From the NCBI GenBank assembly GCA_028877205.1, contig JAPPHY010000016.1, forward strand, positions 207,457 through 271,456: a stretch of 64,000 bases of DNA, in the 5' to 3' direction. A model generated the notes under the pieces. The model was not told where the DNA came from, did no database searches, and was given only the letters and a program-made list of their open reading frames with translations. This document shows, one piece after another, positions 23,417 to 31,537 of the stretch. A program made the position numbers and the translations under genes. The stretch is from Chloroflexota bacterium. GTDB lineage: Bacteria > Chloroflexota > Dehalococcoidia > Lucifugimonadales > UBA2985. The number at the start of each line of letters is the position of its first letter. Within the stretch, counting starts at the first letter, position 1.

Positions 23417-23452
23417 CCTGGCGGCTTCCGCGGCATTTCGAATATCCGGCTC

Positions 23453-23482
23453 ATTCTACCAGAAGCGGTCGAGTAATTGTAA
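23453..23482 (-). promoter_or_regulatory. promoter TTACAA-18-(TGg)TAGAAT for fabF
   Basis: The coding strand reads TTACAAttactcgaccgcttcTGgTAGAAT. Confidence 0.5.
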
Positions 23483-23577
23483 AGCGTACAAGCAGCCACC
23501 CGCTGGCGAGTCGGCGCGCCAATCCTGTCTGACCTATCCTACAGAACACATGCTCCGCGGCCTCTCCGGGAGGCCCA

Positions 23578-23586
23578 TGCTATAAT
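23578..23586 (+). promoter_or_regulatory. extended -10 TGcTATAAT for cca
   Basis: Perfect TGnTATAAT about 29 nt upstream of the TTG start at 23615. GGAAGG lies in between. Confidence 0.6.
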
Positions 23587-23614
23587 CGCGCAACCCTGTA
23601 ATCGGAAGGTACAC

Positions 23615-24874
23615 TTGGATTTTCGCAAGCTCATGGAGGCCGGTCTGCCGGAGGATAGGCTGGCCCTGGTCGATATGGCGGCGCGCATCGCGAGCGAGGA
23701 AGGCGTGCCCTTGTACCTCGTCGGCGGCGCAGTCCGCGACCTTTTGCTGGGGAGGCCCACTGAAGACCTCGACTTGGTGGTGGAGGGCGACGCAGAGACG
23801 CTGGCGGCCGTCATCGCCAAACGGATGTCTGGCGACGTGGTCTCGCGCTCGCAGTTCGCCACCGTGAAGCTCAAGGTGCGGGGAAGCTCTCTGGACATGG
23901 TCACGGCACGAAACGAGAGCTATGCAAGACCCGGAGCGCTACCCCAGATAGCACACGGCACCATGAGGGAGGACCTAGCGCGCCGCGACTTTACGATCAA
24001 CGCAATGGCCTATCCGCTCCACCTGGGCAGCAATGCAAACCTGCTGGATCCTCACGGCGGGCAAGGCGACCTGCGGCACGGCCTTGTGCGCGTGCTCCAT
24101 GACGGCAGCTTCGTGGACGACGCCACGCGCATCATGCGAGCGGTGCGCTACGAGCAGCGTCTGGGCTTCGCGCTGGAGGAGCGGACGGAGTCGTTGCTGC
24201 GTCGCGACCTGCCTATGCTGGACACCATCAGCGGCGACAGGCTGCGCAGGGAGCTCCTGCTGTGGCTGCAAGAGGAACGACGCTTGAAGATACTCGCCCG
24301 TGCGGACACCCTTGGGGTGATGGCTGCCATCCACCCTGCGCTCGCCGGAGCCGGCGCGTCGGCGTGGGAGGCGGTGGGCGGGGGAGGGCACACGTCCGAC
24401 GCGGAGGTCTGCCTGGCGCTCCTGGTGCGATCGCTAAGCCGCACCGACGCGGAGGCCATCATCGAGCGGCTGAGAATGCTTCCCGGCTGGGCCGCCGTGG
24501 TTAGAGATACAGTTGACCTGCGCGAACGGCTCTCCGAGCTTGTTGGGGCTTCAGAATCGCCATCGCGGCTCTATGAGTCCCTTGCGCCCTTCGATCCCGC
24601 CGCCGTTCGGGGGTGGTCGCTTGCCGCGCCCGATGCCGGAGTGAGAGAGGCACTTGCGCTGTACATAGACAAGCTCCGCCACGTTAAGCCTTTGCTCAGC
24701 GGGCGAGACCTGATGCAGTTGGGCGTGCCGCAGGGCCCTGCGGTGGGCGCGATGCTGGTTCGGCTGCGGACTGCGAAACTGGAAGGCGCCGCGGAGGGAC
24801 GCTCGCAGGAGAGCGACCTGGTGCGGGACTGGCTTGCGGAGGAAGGGCGCATCTCACCTGGTGCGACGGACTAA
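23615..24874 (+). CDS. cca: tRNA nucleotidyltransferase/poly(A) polymerase family protein (CCA-adding type)
   Basis: Head-domain motif LYLVGGAVRDLLLGRPTEDLDLVVEG and RDFTINA. Confidence 0.85.
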   Translation: MDFRKLMEAGLPEDRLALVDMAARIASEEGVPLYLVGGAVRDLLLGRPTEDLDLVVEGDAETLAAVIAKRMSGDVVSRSQFATVKLKVRGSSLDMVTARNESYARPGALPQIAHGTMREDLARRDFTINAMAYPLHLGSNANLLDPHGGQGDLRHGLVRVLHDGSFVDDATRIMRAVRYEQRLGFALEERTESLLRRDLPMLDTISGDRLRRELLLWLQEERRLKILARADTLGVMAAIHPALAGAGASAWEAVGGGGHTSDAEVCLALLVRSLSRTDAEAIIERLRMLPGWAAVVRDTVDLRERLSELVGASESPSRLYESLAPFDPAAVRGWSLAAPDAGVREALALYIDKLRHVKPLLSGRDLMQLGVPQGPAVGAMLVRLRTAKLEGAAEGRSQESDLVRDWLAEEGRISPGATD

Positions 24875-24891
24875 TCTTGAGCGGGCGTATT

Positions 24892-24916
24892 GGATTGCGG
24901 CTTCCGCCACAATGAC
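24892..24916. repeat. REP-like hairpin family B
   Basis: Sequence ggattgcggcttccgccacaatgac, lying between the convergent cca and ogg stops. Same family as 4225 and 4417. Confidence 0.75.
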
Positions 24917-24933
24917 GGGAGTGGCCGAGCGCG

Positions 24934-25809
24934 CTAGGTGTCGCCGCGCGGCCCAGCCGCCATCAGCCGACGCAGCTGGAAGAGGTACTGGTTGGCGTAT
25001 CCGGCCATGTCGCCCCAGCGTTCCCATGACCATTCACGCACGCCGTTGTAGTTTAGCTTAGCTCCATCCAGATACCACTCCTCGACCGCGCGGCGTATCC
25101 AGCGGTCCACCGGAAAGGCCTTGGGCTTGTCCAGGGACATGAGCAGCACGCAGTCGGCAACCTTCTCTCCTACGCCCGGCAGCGCGGTGAGAACGTCCTT
25201 GGCCTCTTCGTAGCTGACATGACGCAGCGACGCCACGTCCAACTCGCCGCTTGCCGCAAGCTCCGCAGCCCTTGCGACGTACTTCGCGCGGAAGCCCAGG
25301 CGCAGCCTTCGGAGCTCCTGCTCGCCCGCCTGCGCCAGTCTCTGCGGCGACGGAAAGGTGAAGCCTTGGTGTCCGTCGAGAAGGAGCGGTTCGCCCATGC
25401 TGCCTGCGATCGAGTTCATGTTGTCGGAGATGCGCGGGATGCTGGAGTTGGCGGAGCAGATGAAGGCCACGAGGCACTCCCACGGGTCCTGCCTCAGGAT
25501 GCGCATACCCCGGTACGCCGCGACGGAACGCGCAAGGTGGTCGTCAGTACCGAAGCGTGCGTAGACGACTTCCATGTCGTCGTCTATGCGCAGGTAATCC
25601 CGGACGTTCGCCGCCACCGCCTCCGGCTCCGATGCGGTGCGCACGTAGAGCTCACTGCCGTCTTGCCTGAGCGCGACCAGCCGACCGGATACCACTCCGT
25701 ATCGCCAGTCGTCATGCCGGTGCCAGCGAAACGCCTGTCCGCTCTCCAGCGAGGAGGCCAGGTCGAAGGGCTGCGGCAGCTCGATTGTCAGTGAGACCTG
25801 GCTATCCAC
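24934..25809 (-). CDS. ogg: 8-oxoguanine DNA glycosylase/AP lyase (OGG1-type, HhH-GPD)
   Basis: OGG_N-like ESGQAFRW motif and the HhH-GPD region LPGVGEKVADCVLL..PVDRWI. Confidence 0.85.
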   Translation of the reverse strand: MDSQVSLTIELPQPFDLASSLESGQAFRWHRHDDWRYGVVSGRLVALRQDGSELYVRTASEPEAVAANVRDYLRIDDDMEVVYARFGTDDHLARSVAAYRGMRILRQDPWECLVAFICSANSSIPRISDNMNSIAGSMGEPLLLDGHQGFTFPSPQRLAQAGEQELRRLRLGFRAKYVARAAELAASGELDVASLRHVSYEEAKDVLTALPGVGEKVADCVLLMSLDKPKAFPVDRWIRRAVEEWYLDGAKLNYNGVREWSWERWGDMAGYANQYLFQLRRLMAAGPRGDT

Positions 25810-28613
25810 TTCGCTATCTCCTGGGGAAGCTCACGCAGTGTTGGATGCCTGACTGTGCAGTTGGGCAGCGACTCCTGAAACGCACGGCCGTAGGGCCTTG
25901 ACCGGACACGGCTGTCCAGGACGATGACAACGCCCCGGTCCTCCTCACCCCGAATCAGGCGGCCGAACCCCTGCCGGAATCGCAGCACGGCCTGGGGCAC
26001 GGCGTACTGGTTGAACGCGTCCTCGAACATCTCCGAGCGTGCCGAGAAGACGGGGTCCGTGGGCACGTTGAACGGCAGTCTCGCAACCACGAGGGCCTTC
26101 AGCGCGCCACCGGAAATGTCCACACCTTCCCAGAAGCTGGCCGTCCCCAATAGCACGGAATCCGGGTTCTGCAGGAAGGCGTCCATCAGGCTGCGAGGCG
26201 TTCCATCCACGCCCTGGGCCAGCGTCCTGATGCCTGCGCCCTCCAGCTCACTGCGTATGCCGGATCGAGTGGCCTGCAGGGCTGCGTGAGATGTGAAGAG
26301 CCCAAGGGTTCGCCCTCCTGCTGCGCGGGCGATTTCCATCATCGCCTGATGCACCGCCGCCTGGTAGCCTCGCGTGCCGGGGTCAGGCATGTCGCTGGGC
26401 AGGCACAGCAGCACGGCGCGCTGATAGTCGAAAGGTGAGTCCACCAGAAGCTCCTCGGCGTCCTCCAGGCCGAGCCGCTCCCTGACGTAGGCAAAGCTGC
26501 CCCTGGTTGTGAGCGTAGCGCTGGTGAGCACAACAGCACTCTTCTGCGAGAAGAGGCTGTCCGCAAGGATGTCGCCCACGTTGAGCGGAGCAGCCTGCAG
26601 CGCGATCTCTCCGCTGCGGCCCTCCTGCGTCATCCAGTAGATGCGGTCATCCTCCGGCGACGCCACGAATGACTTGAGCTGGCGCTGGATTTCGGCGGCA
26701 AGGTTGAGGCACACGGTGGTCTCGGCGACGAGCGACTCGTAGCTCGCAAACTGATCGTCGTTCTGCGAGCCGAGCGCTTGCAGGATTCGCTCCAGATTGC
26801 GGGCCACCTGCGTCAGTGCTGCGTCCGCGCTCTCCCACGCCACCTCCACGTCCGACCAGCCTGGCTGTGCCCGGGTACTCCTGGTCACGCGCAGGAGGAG
26901 GTTTCGTGCGTCACCGTCCTCGTGGTGGCCGGCCAGGAAGCCGATCAGTTGCTGCCAGAGCTCTCCGACGCGCTGCCGCGCGACCGGTAGAACGGCCTCG
27001 CCGTCGTCCACGAGCGGCTCCAGCACGCAGGCCATCGGAGTGGCGAGCAGCTGCCGCATGAAGGAGCGGGTTTCGCCGTAGACGCCCCGGCTGCCCTCCA
27101 GACGCTCGATCCACGAGTCGAGATCGCCCTGCGAGAGTCTTGCGCCGAACTGGCTGGTGGCCTCCTCCTCCAGATGGTGGGCCTCATCGATGACCAGGTA
27201 GTCGTAGGGGGGTATGATCCCGCCGCCCTCTGCCAGGTCGCGCATCAGCAGCGCATGGTTCACCACTACCACGTGGGCCTCCTCCGCACGCTCCCGGGCG
27301 GTGCGCAGGAAGCAGGCCTCACGCGTGCGCGGCGGGCAGTCGATGGCGTCCGCCGAGGACATGCGGCTCCACACCGGCATGTCTCTGGCCGATAACCCTA
27401 TCTCGCCGCGGTCGCCGCTCGCGGTGTCCTGCAGCCACACCATGACCTTCGCGGCTATGCGGGCCTCATCCGCCGACACGCCCTCCTCGCGCACCATCTG
27501 CCGCCAGCGGCGGAGGCACAGGTAGTTGTCGCGACCCTTGAGCAGCGCGAAGCGTATGCCTTCAAGGTCGGGAGACACCTGCCGGAGGGCGCGCGCCAGG
27601 GTGGGCAGGTCCTTTGCCATGAGCTGCTCCTGAAGGTTGATCGTGTTCGATGAGACGACCACGCGCTCCCCCTTCTCCAGAGCAAACAGCATGGCAGGGA
27701 GGAGGTACGCAAGCGACTTGCCGACGCCTGTGCCTCCCTCTACGATCAGGTGAGTCTTGTTCCTGAGCGCGTGCGCCACGGCGAGAGCCATCTCCGATTG
27801 CTGCGGCCTCTGTCGGTAGCTGTCCAGCACCTGCGACAGGGGACCGCCATCTCGGAAGAAATCCTCCACAGTCTCATCGGTCAGGTTGTGTCCTTCGATG
27901 GACGCTGAGCGGTCAGTTGAGGTCTCCAACCGGCTCGCGAGCGCCGCGCTGTCCAGCCCCAGTGGGCCGGCAGTCGACGTGACCGGAAACGGCGCGCGGC
28001 TGCGGGCCTGTTCCAGCCTCTGCAGGAGCGGCGCGAGCCGGCCGCGAGCGCGTCCGTAGAGCCGCGCCAGCTCCGAGAGCAGGCCCGCGTCCAACTGCAT
28101 GGCGCGGGTGTTCAGGGCGTGGAAAACGCGAGCTGTGACCTCTGCGTCATCGAGGGCGCGGTGCGGGTTCGCGTGCTCAAGCCCCAGCGTGGCCACCAGA
28201 TGCGCCAGCGAGTACTCCCTGAGGCGCGGCATGAAGATCGAGGCCATCTCCCGCGTGTCGTAGACGGGTGCGGATACCGTCAGGCCCTTCTTCGCGAGGA
28301 AGGCGAGGTCGAAGTCTACATTCTGACCGACGATGGGGCTGCTGCCGATGAACTCCTCCAGCGCGGGCGCAATCGCCGAGAAGGGCGGCGCGGAGTCCAC
28401 GTCCGACTGCTTCAGGCCCGTAAGTTCCTGGATGAACTGGGGCAGAGGCCGGTATGGGTTGACCCTGGTGTGAAAGACGTCCAGGACCCGGTCGTCCTGG
28501 AACCTGACGGCTCCCACCTCGATGATCTCGTCCGAGTCCGGCATGAGGCCGGTGGTCTCAAGGTCGAGGGCGACGCACCGCTCGCCGGTGATGGTGGCCG
28601 GTTCAACCGTCAT
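25788..28613 (-). CDS. dinG: DinG-family ATP-dependent helicase fused to an N-terminal DnaQ-like 3'-5' exonuclease
   Basis: The exonuclease motif VALDLETTGL, followed later by H..LDDAEVT, lies N-terminal. Then come helicase motifs GTGVGKS and DEAHHLEE and a C-terminal helicase domain. Confidence 0.9.
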   Translation of the reverse strand: MTVEPATITGERCVALDLETTGLMPDSDEIIEVGAVRFQDDRVLDVFHTRVNPYRPLPQFIQELTGLKQSDVDSAPPFSAIAPALEEFIGSSPIVGQNVDFDLAFLAKKGLTVSAPVYDTREMASIFMPRLREYSLAHLVATLGLEHANPHRALDDAEVTARVFHALNTRAMQLDAGLLSELARLYGRARGRLAPLLQRLEQARSRAPFPVTSTAGPLGLDSAALASRLETSTDRSASIEGHNLTDETVEDFFRDGGPLSQVLDSYRQRPQQSEMALAVAHALRNKTHLIVEGGTGVGKSLAYLLPAMLFALEKGERVVVSSNTINLQEQLMAKDLPTLARALRQVSPDLEGIRFALLKGRDNYLCLRRWRQMVREEGVSADEARIAAKVMVWLQDTASGDRGEIGLSARDMPVWSRMSSADAIDCPPRTREACFLRTARERAEEAHVVVVNHALLMRDLAEGGGIIPPYDYLVIDEAHHLEEEATSQFGARLSQGDLDSWIERLEGSRGVYGETRSFMRQLLATPMACVLEPLVDDGEAVLPVARQRVGELWQQLIGFLAGHHEDGDARNLLLRVTRSTRAQPGWSDVEVAWESADAALTQVARNLERILQALGSQNDDQFASYESLVAETTVCLNLAAEIQRQLKSFVASPEDDRIYWMTQEGRSGEIALQAAPLNVGDILADSLFSQKSAVVLTSATLTTRGSFAYVRERLGLEDAEELLVDSPFDYQRAVLLCLPSDMPDPGTRGYQAAVHQAMMEIARAAGGRTLGLFTSHAALQATRSGIRSELEGAGIRTLAQGVDGTPRSLMDAFLQNPDSVLLGTASFWEGVDISGGALKALVVARLPFNVPTDPVFSARSEMFEDAFNQYAVPQAVLRFRQGFGRLIRGEEDRGVVIVLDSRVRSRPYGRAFQESLPNCTVRHPTLRELPQEIAKWIARSH

Positions 28614-28668
28614 GCAGTCTCTCGTCGCGGGCGCGGGCAGTTCTGGGTGAGCGGTACGACATAGCGAG

Positions 28669-28698
28669 ATTCTAGCGGTGATTGAAACGGATGGTCAA
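28669..28698 (-). promoter_or_regulatory. promoter TTGACC-18-TAGAAT for dinG
   Basis: The coding strand reads TTGACCatccgtttcaatcaccgcTAGAAT, within the 98-nt gap between the ispE stop and the dinG start. Confidence 0.5.
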
Positions 28699-28711
28699 CG
28701 GGATTTGGCAC

Positions 28712-29578
28712 TCAACCCGCAACCGATGTCGACGGCACCACCGTAGCGGCCGCATGGGCGCGGTGGCCGGCCTCGCGCAAGCGGCGAGCCATCGCGTCCG
28801 CCTCCTCCGCAGAGGCCGTAAACGCATACATCGCTGGGCCGCTGCCGCTGAGCCTCACCCACGACGCGCCCGCGTCCAGCATGGTGCGGCGGCCCTCCTC
28901 GATTGCGGGGTGCAGCCCGAACGCCACGCTCTCGAACACATTGAAGAGCGCATCGGGGTCGATAGATGCCCCGCTCTCCAGGCCGGAACGCAGCCGGGCA
29001 GACCGCGAGCCGTCGGTGTACAGCTCCGGCGTGAGGCGGCCGTACATGGCGGCTGTCTTGTTGGGAATCTCCACCTGCGGGGAGAGAAGAACCAGATGGG
29101 TCCGTGGCAGGGCGGGCAGGGAGGTGATCACGTCACCGCGGCCCTCCGCTATGGCGGTGCCGCCTGAGAGGAAGAAGGGTACGTCGGAGCCGAGAGATGC
29201 CGCCAGCGGCCGCAGGTCGGAGACCGCTTGCTCCAGGCCCCACAGTCTCCGTAGGCCAACGAGCGCGGCCGCCGCGTCGCTGCTGCCGCCGCCCAGTCCC
29301 GCCGCCACCGGAATCGACTTGCGGAGGTATATATCCGCGCCGCTGTCGCAGCCCGCGTGCTCCCTCAACAGGTCCGCCGCCCGCAGCACGAGATTGTCTT
29401 CCGTCTCCAGCGTGGGGTCGCTGCAGCGCAGGCTCATGTCCGCCGACGGCTCGAGCGTCAGCTCGTCGCACAGGTCGATGGTCTGCATCACCGTGACCAC
29501 CTCGTGATAGCCGTCCGCGCGCTTGCCCAGCACTTCCAGCGTCAGATTGATCTTGGCGTAAGCGCGTATAGTCAGCAC
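28712..29578 (-). CDS. ispE: 4-diphosphocytidyl-2-C-methyl-D-erythritol kinase
   Basis: Contains AYAKINLTLEV..R.DGYH and PVAAGLGGGSSDAAA. ORF 28712..30103 is trimmed to the GTG at 29578, which follows AGGAG. The result is 288 aa and overlaps the rsmA stop. Confidence 0.9.
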   Translation of the reverse strand: MLTIRAYAKINLTLEVLGKRADGYHEVVTVMQTIDLCDELTLEPSADMSLRCSDPTLETEDNLVLRAADLLREHAGCDSGADIYLRKSIPVAAGLGGGSSDAAAALVGLRRLWGLEQAVSDLRPLAASLGSDVPFFLSGGTAIAEGRGDVITSLPALPRTHLVLLSPQVEIPNKTAAMYGRLTPELYTDGSRSARLRSGLESGASIDPDALFNVFESVAFGLHPAIEEGRRTMLDAGASWVRLSGSGPAMYAFTASAEEADAMARRLREAGHRAHAAATVVPSTSVAG

Positions 29579-30423
29579 AGGCCCCGGCTCCTGAAGGCGG
29601 CGTACAGGCGGCCCCACTCCGGCAGTCCCAGCGCCTCGGCGCGCAGCCGGTGGTCGATTCCGGCCTCCGCCATGACGGCTTCGACCTCCAGGCCTGGCAT
29701 AGACAGCGCGTGGCCGAGGGAGTTGCGAAGCTGCTTCCGCGCGCCGCCGAATCCGGCGTGCACGAGCCGGAAGAAGGCCTCCGTATCGTCCAGATCCAGC
29801 GCCGGCCTGTCCAGCACGTCCACTCGCACAATGGCGGACGTCACCTTGGGCGGCGGCCGGAAGGAGCCCGGCCGGATGTATCCGACGATTCGGGGCACTC
29901 CGTACAGCTGCGTTGCCACGGACAAGGTGCGCATACGGCCCGGATGCGCGGACATAGACTGGCCCACCTCTCGCTGCACTGTCACCACCATTAGCCGCGG
30001 AGGCGTGTCGCACTCCAGGAACCGTCGCACAATGGGCGACGCCGCGTAGTAGGGGAGGTTGGCCACGAGCTTGTACGGCTCGCCCACGGAGGCGGGATCC
30101 CACTCGCGAGCGTCCCCGTGGACGACTTCGAGATTGTCGGGGTCTCCGATGTCGCTTTTGAGGCGGGCGGCCAGCGCATCGTCCATCTCAAGGGCGACCA
30201 CCCGGCCAGCCCTATCAGCGAGCAGTCGCGTGAGGAGGCCCGTTCCCGGCCCGACTTCCACCACGACGTCGCTCGTCTCCAGCTCTGCCGCGTCCGCGAT
30301 GCGTCGGAGAGCGCCGCGATCCACGAGGAAGTGCTGGCCCAGTGACTTGCGCGGGAGTACGGGGGGGTGCGGCGAGCCGGAGGCGTCGGTCGGAGTTCGG
30401 GGTCTGTTCGCCTCGCGTTGCAT
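29572..30423 (-). CDS. rsmA: 16S rRNA (adenine1518/1519-N6)-dimethyltransferase
   Basis: Contains LGQHFLVD and VVEVGPGTGLLT. Start set to ATG 30423 because the longer ORF start at 30444 lies inside the SRP RNA 3' end. Confidence 0.9.
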   Translation of the reverse strand: MQREANRPRTPTDASGSPHPPVLPRKSLGQHFLVDRGALRRIADAAELETSDVVVEVGPGTGLLTRLLADRAGRVVALEMDDALAARLKSDIGDPDNLEVVHGDAREWDPASVGEPYKLVANLPYYAASPIVRRFLECDTPPRLMVVTVQREVGQSMSAHPGRMRTLSVATQLYGVPRIVGYIRPGSFRPPPKVTSAIVRVDVLDRPALDLDDTEAFFRLVHAGFGGARKQLRNSLGHALSMPGLEVEAVMAEAGIDHRLRAEALGLPEWGRLYAAFRSRGLC

Positions 30424-30430
30424 GATTGGA

Positions 30431-30703
30431 GACGGGCCGTGCACCCTCCTTCGATCCGGAATCCAAGGCGTGTCCCCGCGGGGGACTCAAGCCAGGACTC
30501 CCTGGAGCACCCAGAGGACTCCGCTTACCGCTGCTTCCTTCCGGACCTGACGGGGTTCACGGGCCTCCGCCGCCCAGGACCCAGCTCTCCGCATCCGCCC
30601 GTGAGGATAGAGGTCTTGGACACAGACCTGGGGAGGGAATTCCACCCCGCTATAGCGGGTTGCGGGTTCAGGGCACCGCTAGCTCCCCGTGTAGCACGGC
30701 CTC
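30431..30703 (-). ncRNA. ffs: signal recognition particle RNA, large (Bacillus-type, Alu domain present)
   Basis: The minus strand reads ..GGCCGUGCUACACGGGGAGCUAGCGGUGCCCUGAACC.. (Alu domain). It contains ..GUCAGGUCCGGAAGGAAGCAGCGGUAAG.. (conserved helix 8/domain IV) and ends ..GAAGGAGGGUGCACGGCC, which pairs with the 5' end. The ends are approximate. Confidence 0.9.
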
Positions 30704-30709
30704 AGACTA

Positions 30710-30738
30710 ATCGTAGAGCAGGGTCAGTGTGGTGTCAA
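30710..30738 (-). promoter_or_regulatory. promoter TTGACA-17-TACGAT for ffs
   Basis: The coding strand reads TTGACAccacactgaccctgctcTACGATtagtctGAGGCCGUGC. The predicted TSS coincides with the SRP RNA 5' end. Confidence 0.65.
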
Positions 30739-30773
30739 CTTGGAAGGAAGATGGCGCCGAAAACAATCGCGCT

Positions 30774-30864
30774 CCCGTTCGTGCTGAGCCTGTCGAAGCA
30801 TGAGCGGGGAAGTTTCGCCCGCCGGTTTTCCGCCCGCCCTTCGACTAGCTCAGGACGAGCGGGC
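30774..30864. repeat. 91-bp palindromic REP-like element (family A, full unit)
   Basis: Left arm cccgttcgtgctgagcctgtcgaagcatgagcgggg. Right arm cccttcgactagctcaggacgagcgggc is an imperfect inverted repeat of it. Same length and architecture as 52572-52662. Confidence 0.8.
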
Positions 30865-30871
30865 ACCGTGG

Positions 30872-31408
30872 CTACGGCACCTCGAATCCGAATACCAGCT
30901 CGTCACCGTCGCGGGGCACGTAAGTGGCTATCTCCGCCATGGCTATTCCGTTCACACGAAGGAACAGCTGCCCGGCTGAGCCGTTGGGGCACTCATCCCC
31001 GTTGGTATAGCTCTCGCCGGAGGGAAGCACGAGTGTGTTGTTGGTGAGCCTCGAGCCTGTGCTGGCCATGTACCTGGCCAGGTTGGCATTGCGACCGGCC
31101 TCTCCCAAGCGCAGGGGATGGACGTGGAACAGGCCGTCGCCGTGGGTGTGGACCTCGCCGGGTGATGCCGGTAAGGTATCCAGGGTTTCACCGCAGATGG
31201 AAATGGTAAACCTGGAGTGCCAGTGGTCACCTACGTTGGGGTAGCGGCTTCCACTGCCTACTTGACCGGAGGTCAATATCAGGAAAGCCAGCACCGCTAC
31301 GAAGCCCACAATCACCCCGCCCAGCATGAGCCAGGTGCGCGGCGTCAACTTGCGTGCTCGCCGCTCGCTCCTGCGGCGCTCTATTCTGTCGCGACTCCTA
31401 ATTGCCAT
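30872..31408 (-). CDS. hypothetical membrane-anchored His-rich protein
   Basis: Basic N-terminus and one TM helix. The extracytoplasmic domain carries GDHWHSRF..CGE..HTHGDGLFHVHP. Confidence 0.65.
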   Translation of the reverse strand: MAIRSRDRIERRRSERRARKLTPRTWLMLGGVIVGFVAVLAFLILTSGQVGSGSRYPNVGDHWHSRFTISICGETLDTLPASPGEVHTHGDGLFHVHPLRLGEAGRNANLARYMASTGSRLTNNTLVLPSGESYTNGDECPNGSAGQLFLRVNGIAMAEIATYVPRDGDELVFGFEVP

Positions 31409-31422
31409 TGCGAATCTCTGCT

Positions 31423-31431
31423 ATTGTAGCA
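31423..31431 (-). promoter_or_regulatory. extended -10 TGcTACAAT, 14 nt upstream of the ATG at 31408
   Basis: The coding strand reads ctctgTGcTACAATagcagagattcgcaATG. This predicts a 5'UTR of about 7-8 nt with no SD. Confidence 0.5.
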
Positions 31432-31478
31432 CAGAGGCCTGGAGGTGCGTGAGTTTCCCCCAAGCGCTTTCCATCATG

Positions 31479-31484
31479 TATAAT
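31479..31484 (+). promoter_or_regulatory. candidate -10 TATAAT (TGTATAAT context)
   Basis: Perfect hexamer about 54 nt upstream of the ATG at 31538. The -35 is weak. Confidence 0.35.
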
Positions 31485-31537
31485 CTTGGCGGCCGGAGGC
31501 AGGGCCTCCCCATGATTCTGACTACGGAGAGTGTCCA

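Noticed and set aside
29579-30103. N-terminal extension of the ispE ORF (track ORF 28712..30103, 463 aa)
   Set aside because: The extension overlaps rsmA in another frame and is Arg/Ala/Gly-rich. IspE homology starts at the GTG at 29578, behind AGGAG.
30367-31047. 226-aa plus-strand ORF spanning 30367..31047
   Set aside because: It runs antisense across the SRP RNA gene, then through the family A repeat (giving the PFVLSLSKHE artefact peptide), and into the antisense of gene 30872..31408.
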